From Sandaracinaceae bacterium (GTDB taxonomy: Bacteria; Myxococcota_A; Polyangia; Polyangiales; Houyiibacteriaceae), in NCBI GenBank assembly GCA_016706685.1, contig JADJJE010000001.1, positions 449,575-513,574 on the forward strand: a stretch of 64,000 nt of DNA. The letters run 5' to 3'. The translations under genes and the position numbers were made by a program. The notes below the pieces were generated by a model. It was given only the letters and a program-made list of their open reading frames with translations. It made no database searches and was not told where the DNA came from. Shown here piece after piece: positions 1-9,758 of this stretch. How positions within the stretch are numbered: position 1 is the first letter of the stretch; each line of letters begins with the position of its first letter.

Positions 1-787
1 CGATGGCCGCCGCGCCGAGAATGTAGTTGACGCGGGTGCCGGCCGTGAAGAGCAGCACCACGGTGAGCACGCCGATCATGACGGCGCTGCCGAAGTCCGG
101 CTGCATTTGGCACAGCAGCATGAACACGCCCGCCACCAGGATGTGCGGCAGGAAGCCGATCTTGAAGTCGCGCAGCTGGTCGCGCTTCTTCGAGAGCGAG
201 TACGAAAGGTAGAAGATGATGGCCAGCTTGGCGATCTCGGCCGGCTGCACGCGCACCACCTTGAGGTCGATCCAGCGCGCCGCGCCGCCCACGGTGCGGC
301 CGCCTCCGAGAGCCACCACCACCAGCAGCGCGAAGGCCGCCATCAAGATGGGGTAGGTGACGTACGCCGCCTGGTAGCGGTGGTAGTCCACGCGCGCGAC
401 GATCACCATGATCCCGAGCCCCACCACGGCATAGATGGCCTGACGGATGAGGTAGTGATAGCCGTCGTCGAACAAGCTGGTCGCGAGCGAGCCGCTGGCG
501 CTGTAGACCATCACCACGCCGAAGAAGACGAGCCCGATGATGGTGGCGGCCAAGACCACGTCGGCCGTGCCGGTCACGCGCGGGAAGCGGCCCGCTGGAG
601 CCTGCTTCGGTGTGGCGACCGGGGCCGCGACGCTGTCCGGCGCCCCGGGGCGCATGGAGACGTTGCGGGTGACCACGCGCGGCTCCGTGCCATCCGGCCG
701 GGACTCGCGCGCACGCGTTGGCGCGCTGACCGCGGCCTCCTCGGCGCGCGCTTCACGAAGGGCGCGGAAGCGGTCGAGCACGCTCAT
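1..787 (-). CDS. ftsW: FtsW (SEDS family cell-division protein), N-terminal part only. The gene runs off the left window edge.
   Basis: Absent from the ORF track because it is open at the edge. My minus-strand translation from ATG at 787 reads MSVLDRFRALREARAEE...VVLAATIIGLVFFGVVMVYSAS...RWIDLKVVRVQPAEIAKLAIIFYLSYSL...MQPDFGSAVMIG, which shows SEDS-type TM helices and the QPxE(I/F)xK motif. The ATG overlaps the murD stop (ATGA at 784-787). The murD-ftsW order is canonical for dcw clusters. Confidence 0.85.
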   Translation of the reverse strand, partial: MSVLDRFRALREARAEEAAVSAPTRARESRPDGTEPRVVTRNVSMRPGAPDSVAAPVATPKQAPAGRFPRVTGTADVVLAATIIGLVFFGVVMVYSASGSLATSLFDDGYHYLIRQAIYAVVGLGIMVIVARVDYHRYQAAYVTYPILMAAFALLVVVALGGGRTVGGAARWIDLKVVRVQPAEIAKLAIIFYLSYSLSKKRDQLRDFKIGFLPHILVAGVFMLLCQMQPDFGSAVMIGVLTVVLLFTAGTRVNYILGAAAI

Positions 788-2190
788 GGCTGCCCTCCCC
801 CGCTCTCGGCGAGCTGCTTGACGGCGCGCTGGAAGTCACGGCCGCGCTCGGCGTAGCCGCCGTACCAATCGAAGCTGCTGCAGGCGGGCGCGAGCACCAC
901 CACGTCACCGGGTTGCGCCAGCTCGGCGGCGGCCTTCACCGCGGCGTCCATACTGGTGGCCTCGGCGCGCGGCAGCGGCTCGCCCTCGAACGCCGCGCGC
1001 AGGAGCGGCGTGGCGTCGCCAATCAGCACGGCGGCACGGCCCCGCACGCGCATGGCTTCGACCAGCGGCGCGTAGCTGCCGCCCTTGTCACGCCCGCCCG
1101 CGATGACCACCACGCGCCCGCCGGTGCTGTCGAGCTCCGAGAGCCCGTCGAGCGCCGCCACGGCCGCGCCCACGTTGGTGGCCTTCGAGTCGTCGTAGAA
1201 GGTGACGCCGAGAGACGAGACCACGTGCTGCATGCGGTGCGAGAGCCCGGGGAACTCACGCAGCACGGCCGTGATGACGGCCGCGTCGATGCCCAACGAG
1301 CGCGCCGCGAGCGCCGCCGCACAGGCGTTGTCCACGTTGTGCCCGCCGCGGATCTTGAGCTCGGCCGTGGGCAGCGCGAGGCCGCTCACGGTGTCCACGA
1401 TGACGCCGTCCACCACGCCCACGCCCTGGTCGCTGCCGGCGGCGGCCCGCCCGAAGAAGCGCGGGACAGCCGGCGTATGCTGGGCCTCGAAGGCCTCACG
1501 GCAGAGCGCGTCACCCGCCGGCAGGATGGCGAAGTCCGCGGCCCCCTGGCGCTCGAAGATGCGCGCCTTGGCGGCCACGTAGTCCGCGAAGCCGGTGTAG
1601 CGGTCCAGGTGGTCGTCGGTGACGTTGAGCAGCAGGGCCACGTGGCAGCGCAGGTGCGTCACGCGCTCCAGCTGGAAGCTGCTCAGCTCCACCACCACCA
1701 CGCCCTCTGGCCCAGCGGCGGGCGTGCCCACCACCTCCACCAGCGGCCGCCCCAGGTTGCCGCCCACGAAGGTGGGCAGCCCCGCGCGCTCGCACATCTG
1801 GCCGATGAGCGTGGTGACCGTGCTCTTGCCGTTGGTGCCGGTGATGCCCACGATGCGGCCCGTCACGAACCACGAGGCCAGCTCGATCTCGCTCGAGATG
1901 GGAACCCCCGCGCGCTCGGCCTCGGTCAGCGCCGCGAGCGGCGGCACCCCCGGCGACACCACGATGTGGTCCACCGCGGTGAACAGCTCGACCGGATGTC
2001 CCCCCGTGACCAGCTCGGCACCGAGCGCGCGGACGTCGGCAGCCCTCGCGCCCAGCTCCGCCTCGGAGCGCAGGTCGTTGACACACACGCGCGCGCCCTG
2101 CTCCACCAGCAAACGCGCCGCGGCGAGGCCGCTCGTGCCGAGGCCGACCACCAGGAAGCGCTTTCCGCGGATGTGGATGGGCGCCGTCAT
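784..2190 (-). CDS. murD: UDP-N-acetylmuramoylalanine--D-glutamate ligase
   Basis: ORF 784..2190. N-terminal Rossmann motif VVGLGTSGLAAARLL and Mur-ligase P-loop GITGTNGKSTV. Sits between mraY and ftsW. Confidence 0.95.
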   Translation of the reverse strand: MTAPIHIRGKRFLVVGLGTSGLAAARLLVEQGARVCVNDLRSEAELGARAADVRALGAELVTGGHPVELFTAVDHIVVSPGVPPLAALTEAERAGVPISSEIELASWFVTGRIVGITGTNGKSTVTTLIGQMCERAGLPTFVGGNLGRPLVEVVGTPAAGPEGVVVVELSSFQLERVTHLRCHVALLLNVTDDHLDRYTGFADYVAAKARIFERQGAADFAILPAGDALCREAFEAQHTPAVPRFFGRAAAGSDQGVGVVDGVIVDTVSGLALPTAELKIRGGHNVDNACAAALAARSLGIDAAVITAVLREFPGLSHRMQHVVSSLGVTFYDDSKATNVGAAVAALDGLSELDSTGGRVVVIAGGRDKGGSYAPLVEAMRVRGRAAVLIGDATPLLRAAFEGEPLPRAEATSMDAAVKAAAELAQPGDVVVLAPACSSFDWYGGYAERGRDFQRAVKQLAESGGGQP

Positions 2191-2194
2191 TCGC

Positions 2195-3325
2195 TCACCG
2201 CAGCTTCAGCGTGGCGAGGCTCGCCACGGCCAGCATGATGGAGATGATCCAGAAGCGGACGATGACCCGCGGCTCGGGCCAGCCCTTCTTCTCGAAGTGG
2301 TGGTGGATGGGCGCCATCAGGAAGATGCGCTTGCCCCCCGAGAACTTGAAGTAGCCCACCTGGATGATGACGCTGACGGCCTCCACCACGAAGATGCCGC
2401 CCAGCAGGATGCTGAGCAGCTCGTTCTTGGTGGTGACGGCCAGCGCGCCGAGACCGCCGCCCAGCGCCAGCGAGCCCACGTCGCCCATGAAGACCTGCGC
2501 GGGGTACGTGTTGTACCAGAGGAAGCCGAAGCCACACCCGATGACCGAAGCGCAGTAGATGGGCAGCTCGCTGGCCGCGTCCACCGACGGGATGTCCAGG
2601 TACGCGGCCACGTTGTTGCCGAAGAAGATGAGGCCCGCGAGGTACGCGAGGATGGCGTAGGTCCCTGCGTTGACCATGACCGGGCCGATGGCCAGGCCGT
2701 CGAGGCCGTCGGTCAGGTTCACGGCGTTGCTGGTGCCCACCATCACGAACGACGCGAAGATCACGTAGAGCCACGCGGGCAGCTCGATGGGGTGCTTGTC
2801 GAACGCCAGGAAGGGCACCGAGAGGCGCAGGCGCACCTCGATCCAGTCGGCGGGGAGACCCGCCTCGCCCATGAAGAGCCAGCCGCACACCCCGAGCGCC
2901 ACGCCGAACTGCAGCAGCAGCTTGTAGCGACCGGCGAGGCCGCCCGTGCTCTTCTTCTGGACCTTGGCGGCGTCGTCTACATAGCCCACCACGCCGTAGG
3001 CCGCGGTCACCGCCGTCACCACCCACACGAGCGGGTTGGCGGGGTCCGCCCAGAGCACCGTGGCCGTCACCAGCGCCAGCAGCATGAGCGCGCCACCCAT
3101 GGTGGGCGTGCCGGCCTTGCTGAAGTGCGACTCGGGCCCCTCGCGCCGCACCACCTGCCCAATCTGCTTGCGCTGCAGGCGGCGGATGAACCACGGGTAG
3201 AGCCCGAAGGTCAGCAGCATGGCCGTCATGGTGGCGCACAGCACGCGGAACGGGACGTAGCGCAGCACGTTCAGGAACGAGAGTTCCGGGTGCGTGTGCA
3301 GCGGGTACAGCCAGTAGTAGATCAT
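2195..3325 (-). CDS. mraY: Phospho-N-acetylmuramoyl-pentapeptide transferase
   Basis: ORF 2195..3325. Polytopic membrane protein with MraY signatures NAVNLTDGLDGLA, FMGDVGSLALGG and APIHHHFE. Confidence 0.95.
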   Translation of the reverse strand: MIYYWLYPLHTHPELSFLNVLRYVPFRVLCATMTAMLLTFGLYPWFIRRLQRKQIGQVVRREGPESHFSKAGTPTMGGALMLLALVTATVLWADPANPLVWVVTAVTAAYGVVGYVDDAAKVQKKSTGGLAGRYKLLLQFGVALGVCGWLFMGEAGLPADWIEVRLRLSVPFLAFDKHPIELPAWLYVIFASFVMVGTSNAVNLTDGLDGLAIGPVMVNAGTYAILAYLAGLIFFGNNVAAYLDIPSVDAASELPIYCASVIGCGFGFLWYNTYPAQVFMGDVGSLALGGGLGALAVTTKNELLSILLGGIFVVEAVSVIIQVGYFKFSGGKRIFLMAPIHHHFEKKGWPEPRVIVRFWIISIMLAVASLATLKLR

Positions 3326-4782
3326 GGGTGTGCCCCATCGGTGGCGCGGTCTGCGTGCCCAGTGAGCGCCGCGACCACGCGCTCCATGGCCATGGAACGT
3401 GAGCCCTTCACCAGCACCACGTCCCGGTCGCGGACCAGCGCCAGCGCTGCCAGGGCAGCCGCCTCGCTGCTGCCGGTCTCGTGGACCTGCACCCCGCGCT
3501 CGCGCGCCGCCCTCGCCGCCGCCCGCATCTCGGGCCCGGTGGTGATGAGTAGCCGCGCCTTCAGGCCAGCCAGCATGCTGCCCACGGCGCGGTGCTCGCC
3601 GAGGCTGCTGCGGCCCAGCTCGCGCATGTCACCCAGCACGACCACCAGCGGACGCCCGCCCTCGCTGGCGATGCGCGCCGCGGTCTTGATGGCCATCGCC
3701 GTGCTGGCGGGGTTCGCGTTGTAGGTGTCGTCCAGCACCAGGCGTTCGCCCGCCAGGGGGCGAGGCACCAAGCGGCCGGGCTCGGGCTCCACCGCGGCCA
3801 GCGCGTGGAAGCTGTGGTGCGCCACGAAGCCGAGGGCCTCCAGCACGGCTGCCACGGCGGCGATGTTCTCGGCCGCGGCGTCGCCGATCATGCGCAGCCG
3901 GAGCTCCAGCTGCGCGCCGGGATCACGCTCGTCGGGCGCGCGCTCGAGGGCGATGCGCGTGCCGCTCGCGTCGAGCGAGACCACCTGGGCGCGCCACAAA
4001 TTGCCCGGCCCGAGGCCGTAGCGCACCTTGCGGAGCGCTGGCGAGCGGTCGAGCTGACGCGCCACGTGCTCGTCGTCGCCACATCCCACGGCCACCTGGT
4101 GGGGTGCGAGCGCGGCGAAGAGCGCGCCCTTCTCCACGGCCACGTCTTCGAGCGTGCCGAGCCCTGCGGTGTGTGCGATGGCCACGTGCGTGACCACGCC
4201 GACGTCGGGCTGGGCGATGGCCGCCAGGCGCGCGATCTCTCCCGGCTCGCTGGTGCCCATCTCGATGACCGCGTGGTCGTAGCGCTCATCCAGCACGAAC
4301 AGCGTCATGGGCACGCCCACGCGGTTGTTCAGGTTGCCCGGCGTGGCCCACACGCGCGTGCCCACGCCCGCGAGGCCCGCCGCCATGAGCCGCTTGGTGG
4401 TGGTCTTGCCCATGCTGCCGGTGATGCCCACCACGCGCCCGGGCCACGCCGCACGGTGTGCGCGCGCGAGCTCACCCAGCGCGAACAGCGTGTCGTCCAC
4501 GGCCACGCCGCGCAGGCTCGGGTGCTCGCTGAGCGCCGGGTGTCCCTTGCGCACCAGCACGAACGCGCCGGCAGCCTCGGCCGCGCCCAAGAAGGCGTGG
4601 GCGTCGTGCCGGTCGCCCGCGAGCGCCACGAACAGGCGGCCCGGCGTGAGCCGCCGCGAGTCCAAGGTCACGCCGACCGCCACGTCGGCTCCCGAGGTGC
4701 CCGGCAGCAGCTGTCCGCCCGTGAGGGTGGCCACCTGATCGAGGCTGAAGCGCGCCTGGTTCTCGGGGATCGCGGTCGCCAT
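3322..4782 (-). CDS. murF: UDP-N-acetylmuramoyl-tripeptide--D-alanyl-D-alanine ligase
   Basis: ORF 3322..4782. P-loop GITGSMGKTTTK and the DDTYNANP motif. Short overlaps with murE and mraY suggest translational coupling. Confidence 0.9.
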   Translation of the reverse strand: MATAIPENQARFSLDQVATLTGGQLLPGTSGADVAVGVTLDSRRLTPGRLFVALAGDRHDAHAFLGAAEAAGAFVLVRKGHPALSEHPSLRGVAVDDTLFALGELARAHRAAWPGRVVGITGSMGKTTTKRLMAAGLAGVGTRVWATPGNLNNRVGVPMTLFVLDERYDHAVIEMGTSEPGEIARLAAIAQPDVGVVTHVAIAHTAGLGTLEDVAVEKGALFAALAPHQVAVGCGDDEHVARQLDRSPALRKVRYGLGPGNLWRAQVVSLDASGTRIALERAPDERDPGAQLELRLRMIGDAAAENIAAVAAVLEALGFVAHHSFHALAAVEPEPGRLVPRPLAGERLVLDDTYNANPASTAMAIKTAARIASEGGRPLVVVLGDMRELGRSSLGEHRAVGSMLAGLKARLLITTGPEMRAAARAARERGVQVHETGSSEAAALAALALVRDRDVVLVKGSRSMAMERVVAALTGHADRATDGAHP

Positions 4783-6320
4783 CAGCCCTGCCTCCGTGCT
4801 CGCGCGGCGAGCGCTGCGGCCGCCTCGACGCGGTCGTCGAAGGGCACCTTGGTGGTCCCGAAGATCTGGTAGTCCTCGTGACCCTTGCCGGCGATCAACA
4901 CCGTGTCGCCGGGCTGCGCGCTACGGATGGCCAGCGCGATGGCCTCGCGCCGGTCCACCACACGGGTGTAGGCGCGCGTGGCGTCCGAGAGCCGGTCCGG
5001 CGAGACGCTGGCGATGCCCGTGGAGGCGAAGCCCGCCTCGACGTCGTCGAGGATGCGCTCGGGCTCCTCGGTGCGCGGGTTGTCGCTGGTGAGCACCACC
5101 AGGTCGCTCGCCACGCAGGCGGCCTGCGCCATGAGCGGACGCTTGCCGCGGTCGCGGTCGCCGCCGCAGCCGAACACGGTGATCAGCCGCTGCGGGCTCA
5201 GCGCGCGCAGCGCCTGCACGGTGCGCTCGAGCGCGTCGGGCGTGTGCGCGTAGTCCACGAACACCGCCACGTCCTCCTCACACGGCACGCGCTCGAGGCG
5301 ACCGGGCGCGCCCACCAGCGTGGCGCAGGCGGCCACCGCGTCGGCATACGGCACGCCCACGGCGGCGGCACAGCCCAGCGCCACCAGCAGGTTCTCGAGG
5401 TTGTGCGCGCCCACCATGGGGCTGTCGAGCGTGTGCTCGCCGTCCGGCGTGTGCAGCGTGGCGCGCATTCCGGCTCGCGTCATCGACCAGGCCAGCACGC
5501 GCAGCGGCGCGTCGCTCTCGGTCCGCACGGAGCAGCGCAGCACGTGACCCTGGGCGCGCTCGGCCAGCGCGGCACCGAAGGCACCATCCACGCAGATGAC
5601 GCTGGCGCGCGGCGCGTACTGCGTGAAGAGCAGCGCCTTGGCCTCGCCGTAGGCCTCCATGCTGGGGTGGAAGTCCAGGTGGTCCTGCGAGAGGTTCGTG
5701 AAGCCGCACACGGCGAAGCGCGTGCCCAACACGCGCTGCAGCTCGAGCCCGTGGCTGGACACCTCCATCACGAGGTGGCTCGCGCCCGCGCTCACGGCCT
5801 GCGCCAGGTAGCGCACCAGGTCGTCGGCCTCTGGCGTGGTGTAGCCCGACGTGGTGGTGTACCCCGGCCCGCGCACCGCCACAGTCCCGATCAGGCCAAC
5901 GCGCTTGCCCGCCGCCATGAGGATGGCCTCGAGCAGGTAGCTGGTGGTGGTCTTGCCGTTGGTGCCGGTGATGCCCACCACCTCGAGCGCGGAAGAGGGC
6001 TCGCCATAGACCAGGTGGGACGCCAGCGCGAGGCCGCGACGCACGTCGGACGCGAGCAACTGGGGGAGCGCGAGGCCCTCGATGGGCGCGCTGGTCAGCA
6101 CCGCGCAAGCCCCTGCACGCGCGGCCGCGTGCGCGAACTCGCCACCGTCCACGTGCTCGCCCGGCAGCGCCACGAACAGGTCGCCGTGCGAAACACGACG
6201 TGAGTCGCGCTGCACGCCCGTCACGGCCACGGCAGCGTCGCCCTGTAGGGACTCGGCCACGCGCGAGCGCACCAGCTCCGCCAGGGTGACCGGCACCGCA
6301 CGAGGGCGCAGCGGGCTCAC
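4782..6320 (-). CDS. murE: UDP-N-acetylmuramoyl-L-alanyl-D-glutamate--2,6-diaminopimelate ligase
   Basis: ORF 4782..6320. Motifs GITGTNGKTTT, DYAHTPDAL and the DNPR-type motif (TSDNPRTE). Confidence 0.95.
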   Translation of the reverse strand: MSPLRPRAVPVTLAELVRSRVAESLQGDAAVAVTGVQRDSRRVSHGDLFVALPGEHVDGGEFAHAAARAGACAVLTSAPIEGLALPQLLASDVRRGLALASHLVYGEPSSALEVVGITGTNGKTTTSYLLEAILMAAGKRVGLIGTVAVRGPGYTTTSGYTTPEADDLVRYLAQAVSAGASHLVMEVSSHGLELQRVLGTRFAVCGFTNLSQDHLDFHPSMEAYGEAKALLFTQYAPRASVICVDGAFGAALAERAQGHVLRCSVRTESDAPLRVLAWSMTRAGMRATLHTPDGEHTLDSPMVGAHNLENLLVALGCAAAVGVPYADAVAACATLVGAPGRLERVPCEEDVAVFVDYAHTPDALERTVQALRALSPQRLITVFGCGGDRDRGKRPLMAQAACVASDLVVLTSDNPRTEEPERILDDVEAGFASTGIASVSPDRLSDATRAYTRVVDRREAIALAIRSAQPGDTVLIAGKGHEDYQIFGTTKVPFDDRVEAAAALAARARRQG

Positions 6321-8557
6321 AGCGGCCTCCCGGACGTTGCCCCGGCGGCGGGTGGAGCGCTGGCCAGCGTTCCGGTCTGCTCGGGCTCGATGGCCTCGTC
6401 CACGTCAAAGCGCGGGCGCTGCAGCACGAGGCGCACGGGCGCGGCAGCCGTCCCGAACGCGCCCGGTGCGGGCTCCTGGGCCACCACGATTCCGGAGCCC
6501 TCGAAGCGCGGCATCAGCCCCTCGCGATGCAGGGTGATCAGCGCCGCGCGGGCGCTCATGCCGCGCACGTCGGGGACCAACACCTCGCCCTCTTGGGGCT
6601 CGCGGTGGGCAATGGCCGGAACGGGCGGCAACGTCCCGGCATAGGCGTCGCGCGCCGCGACCACGCCCTCGTCACCGCTCACGCCGTCGTCGTTGCCCAG
6701 CGCTCCGGCGCCTTCGGTCACGCCCTCGGGCGCACGGCCCTCACGCGCGGCACGAGCCGCCTCGCGGGCTGCGATGCGAGCGTCACGCCGCGCACGCTGC
6801 AGCCGCGCCGAGTGCTCGGCCAGCGCCTGGCCGCCACCGTTGGGGGGCACGCCCAGGTGACGCAGGGCCGCCTCACCCACACGACGGAACACCGGCCCGG
6901 CCACGATGCCACCGGCGTGCGCGATGAGCGGCTCGTCGATGACCACCGAGATGACCAGGCGCGGGCTCTCCGCCGGCACGAAGCCCACGAACGACGACAG
7001 CCACTGGTCGCGCGCGTAGCCGCCGGTGACGTAGTCCGCCTTCTGCGCCGTGCCCGTCTTGCCCGCGACCAGGTAGCCATCGATAGCGGCCTCGATGCCG
7101 GTGCCGCCGGGCCCGGTGACCGCGGTCATCATGTCCGCCACCAAGCGCGCCGTGGCCGTGGGGATGACCTGCCGGCGCACCTGCGGGAGGTTGTCCTCCA
7201 CGAGCTCGCCGTCGGCGTCGTGGACGCGGCGGATCAAGGTGGGCCGCATCAGGCGCCCGCCGTTGGCGATGGCGCTCATGGCCGTGGCCATCTGCACCGA
7301 CGTGACGCTCATGCCCTGCCCGAACGAGATGGTGGCCGCGTCCATCTCGTACCAGCGCCGGTAGTGGCGCAGCACGCCGCCGGTCTCGCCGGGGAGCGGC
7401 AGGCCCGTCTGCTCACCAAAGCCGAAGCGACGCATGGCGCGGTAGAGCCCGCTTCGCCCCATGGTGGCCGCGATGCGGGCCGTGCCGATGTTGCTGGAGA
7501 AGGCGATGATCTGCGCGGGCGTCAGGTTCTGGTAGTGGTGCGAGTCACGGATGGTGTTCTCTTCGTCCACCACCATCTGGCCGTCGCCGCAGTCGAACGT
7601 CTGGTTCGCGCGGATGGTGCCCGCGGCCAACGCGCCCGCAATCGTGAAGGGCTTGACCGTGGAGCCCGGCTCGAAGCGGTCGGTCACCGCGCGGTTGCGG
7701 CGGGCGCTGACATCGAAGCGCCCCGGCGAGTTGGGGTCGAAGGTGGGGTAGTTGGCCAGCGCCAGGATCTCGCCCGTGTTCGGGTCCATCACCACCACGT
7801 GCCCGGCGCGCGCCTCGAAGGTCTGCACCGCCAGCGCCAGCTCGCGCTCGGCGATGTGCTGGATGGTCTTGTCGATGGTGAGCGTGATGTCCTGCCCGCG
7901 CTGCGTGGTGCTGTCCAGGAGGTGGTCCGAATACACCACGCGCCCACGGCGGTCGCGCACGGCCTCGAACTCGCGCTCGGGTCCACGCAGGCGCTCTTCC
8001 ATGAAGAGCTCGATGCCCTCGATGCCCTGCCCGTCCACGTTGGCGAAGCCCAGCACGTGCGACGCCAGCTCGCGGTTGGGGTAGAAGCGCCGCGCCTCCT
8101 GCTCGAGACGCACGCCGGGGATGGCCAGCGCCTCGATGCGCTCCGCCTGCTGCGGCGTCACGTGCCGCTTGATGAACGCGAAGGCGCGGTCTTCGCTGAG
8201 GCGGCGCGCCACGGTCTGCACGTCCAGTCCACGGATGACGGTGGCCAGCTGCTGCGCGGTGGCCAGCGGATCGCGACCTGCGGCGCGCAGCTCGCGTGGG
8301 TTGGCCGTGACGGTGTCCACGTCCACGCTGACGGCGAGCTCGGCGCCGTGACGGTCGTAGATGGTCCCGCGCTTGGGCGAGAGGCGCACGTTGCGCGTCT
8401 GCAGCCGCTGCACGTGCTCGCGGATGACGGGCGCCTCCGCGATCTGCACCGAGTACGCGCGCAACAGCACGCGGCCCGCGAAGCCAGCGAGCAAGAGCCC
8501 CAGGAACGCGATGCGCACCTTCAGCCAGCGACGCCGCGCGAAGGGCAGGTTGTTCAT
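6317..8557 (-). CDS. ftsI: Class B penicillin-binding protein (FtsI/PBP3-like) with a C-terminal PASTA-like domain
   Basis: ORF 6317..8557. N-terminal TM anchor. Transpeptidase motifs STVK (SxxK), SSN and KTGTA. The C-terminal segment EVLVPDVRGMSARAALITLHREGLMPRFEGSGIVVAQEPAPG...VRLVLQ fits the PASTA pattern. Confidence 0.9.
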   Translation of the reverse strand: MNNLPFARRRWLKVRIAFLGLLLAGFAGRVLLRAYSVQIAEAPVIREHVQRLQTRNVRLSPKRGTIYDRHGAELAVSVDVDTVTANPRELRAAGRDPLATAQQLATVIRGLDVQTVARRLSEDRAFAFIKRHVTPQQAERIEALAIPGVRLEQEARRFYPNRELASHVLGFANVDGQGIEGIELFMEERLRGPEREFEAVRDRRGRVVYSDHLLDSTTQRGQDITLTIDKTIQHIAERELALAVQTFEARAGHVVVMDPNTGEILALANYPTFDPNSPGRFDVSARRNRAVTDRFEPGSTVKPFTIAGALAAGTIRANQTFDCGDGQMVVDEENTIRDSHHYQNLTPAQIIAFSSNIGTARIAATMGRSGLYRAMRRFGFGEQTGLPLPGETGGVLRHYRRWYEMDAATISFGQGMSVTSVQMATAMSAIANGGRLMRPTLIRRVHDADGELVEDNLPQVRRQVIPTATARLVADMMTAVTGPGGTGIEAAIDGYLVAGKTGTAQKADYVTGGYARDQWLSSFVGFVPAESPRLVISVVIDEPLIAHAGGIVAGPVFRRVGEAALRHLGVPPNGGGQALAEHSARLQRARRDARIAAREAARAAREGRAPEGVTEGAGALGNDDGVSGDEGVVAARDAYAGTLPPVPAIAHREPQEGEVLVPDVRGMSARAALITLHREGLMPRFEGSGIVVAQEPAPGAFGTAAAPVRLVLQRPRFDVDEAIEPEQTGTLASAPPAAGATSGRPL

Positions 8558-8865
8558 CGCACCCTACCCGCGGTGGCCCGCCTGTGCGCTTCCTCGTTGC
8601 CGATGGGGATGATGCGCGCCGGCGTGGGCACGCTCATCTCGAGCGAGCCGCGCGCCACTGTCTCGATGCGCGCCGCCTGACGCAGCGTGGCCGCCTCGAG
8701 CGACAGCTGCCTGCGGCTCTCCACCAGGGTGCGCTGCTCACGGCGGGCGTCGCCCACGCTGTAGCCCAAGCGCACCACCTCGGCGCGGATGGAGAGGTGC
8801 ACCACCACCGCAGCGGCGCTGGCCACCACGGCAGCGAACCACAGCACCAGGAAGCGCGCGTTCAT
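8554..8865 (-). CDS. ftsL: Cell division protein FtsL-like
   Basis: ORF 8554..8865, 103 aa. One N-terminal TM helix (FLVLWFAAVVASAAAVVV) followed by a helical region. Canonical position between rsmH and ftsI, with 4-nt overlaps on both sides. Confidence 0.7.
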   Translation of the reverse strand: MNARFLVLWFAAVVASAAAVVVHLSIRAEVVRLGYSVGDARREQRTLVESRRQLSLEAATLRQAARIETVARGSLEMSVPTPARIIPIGNEEAHRRATAGRVR

Positions 8866-9758
8866 GGCGCCACCTCGCGCGGCACGCGGCGGGCGACGCG
8901 CAGCTTGGCCGTGCGTGCGCGCGGGTTGGCAGCTAGTTCGGCCTCGCCCGCGATGACGGGCCGCTTGGTGGTGGGCGTCAGGCGCGGGTCATCCCGAAAG
9001 GCCCACTTCACGATGCGGTCTTCCAACGAGTGGAACGAGATGATGGCCGCGATGCCGTCGTCCTCGAGCACGTCCGGCAGCGCCGCCACCAGCGCGGTCA
9101 GCTGGTCCAGCTCGCGGTTCACGGCCAGGCGCAGCGCCTGGAACGTGCGGGTGGCCGAGTCGATCTTGCCGCTGCGCGGACCCATGACGCGCACCACGGC
9201 CGCGCGCAGGTCACCGGTGGTGCGCAGCCGCCCCTCTTCCTGGGCGTTCTTGATCGAGCGGGCGATCGGGCGCGAGCGGCGCTCCTCGCCGAGCTCGTAG
9301 ATCACGTTGGCCAGTGCGTCCGCGTCGAGGCGCGCGATGAGTTCTTCGGCGGTCTCGCCCGACGAGGAGTCCATGCGCATGTCGAGCGGGCCGTCCTGTC
9401 CGAACGAGAAGCCGCGCTCCGGAAGGTCTAGCTGCGGGCTGCTGACGCCGACGTCGGCCAGCACGCCGTGCACCCGAGAAAGCCCCGCGTCCGCCAGCAC
9501 GGTGGGCAGCTGCTCGAAGGTGGCGTGCACGATGGTGGCTCGGCCGCCGAAGGGAGCCAGCCGGCTGTGCGCCGCAACGAGCGCGGCCGGATCGCGATCG
9601 ATGCCGATCAGGCGACCGTCGGGACCCGAGCGCAGCAGGATGCCTTCGGCGTGCCCGGCCCCACCCAGGGTGCAGTCGGCATAGACCCCTCCAGCACGCG
9701 GCGCGAGGGCCTCGAGGGTCTCTTCATAGAGCACCGGGACGTGGCTGAATGCGCTCAC
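8862..9758 (-). CDS. rsmH: 16S rRNA (cytosine1402-N4)-methyltransferase
   Basis: ORF 8862..9758. Motifs HVPVLYEET, TLGGAGHAE, GIDRDP, DVGVSSPQLD and SFHSLEDR. Confidence 0.95.
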   Translation of the reverse strand: MSAFSHVPVLYEETLEALAPRAGGVYADCTLGGAGHAEGILLRSGPDGRLIGIDRDPAALVAAHSRLAPFGGRATIVHATFEQLPTVLADAGLSRVHGVLADVGVSSPQLDLPERGFSFGQDGPLDMRMDSSSGETAEELIARLDADALANVIYELGEERRSRPIARSIKNAQEEGRLRTTGDLRAAVVRVMGPRSGKIDSATRTFQALRLAVNRELDQLTALVAALPDVLEDDGIAAIISFHSLEDRIVKWAFRDDPRLTPTTKRPVIAGEAELAANPRARTAKLRVARRVPREVAP

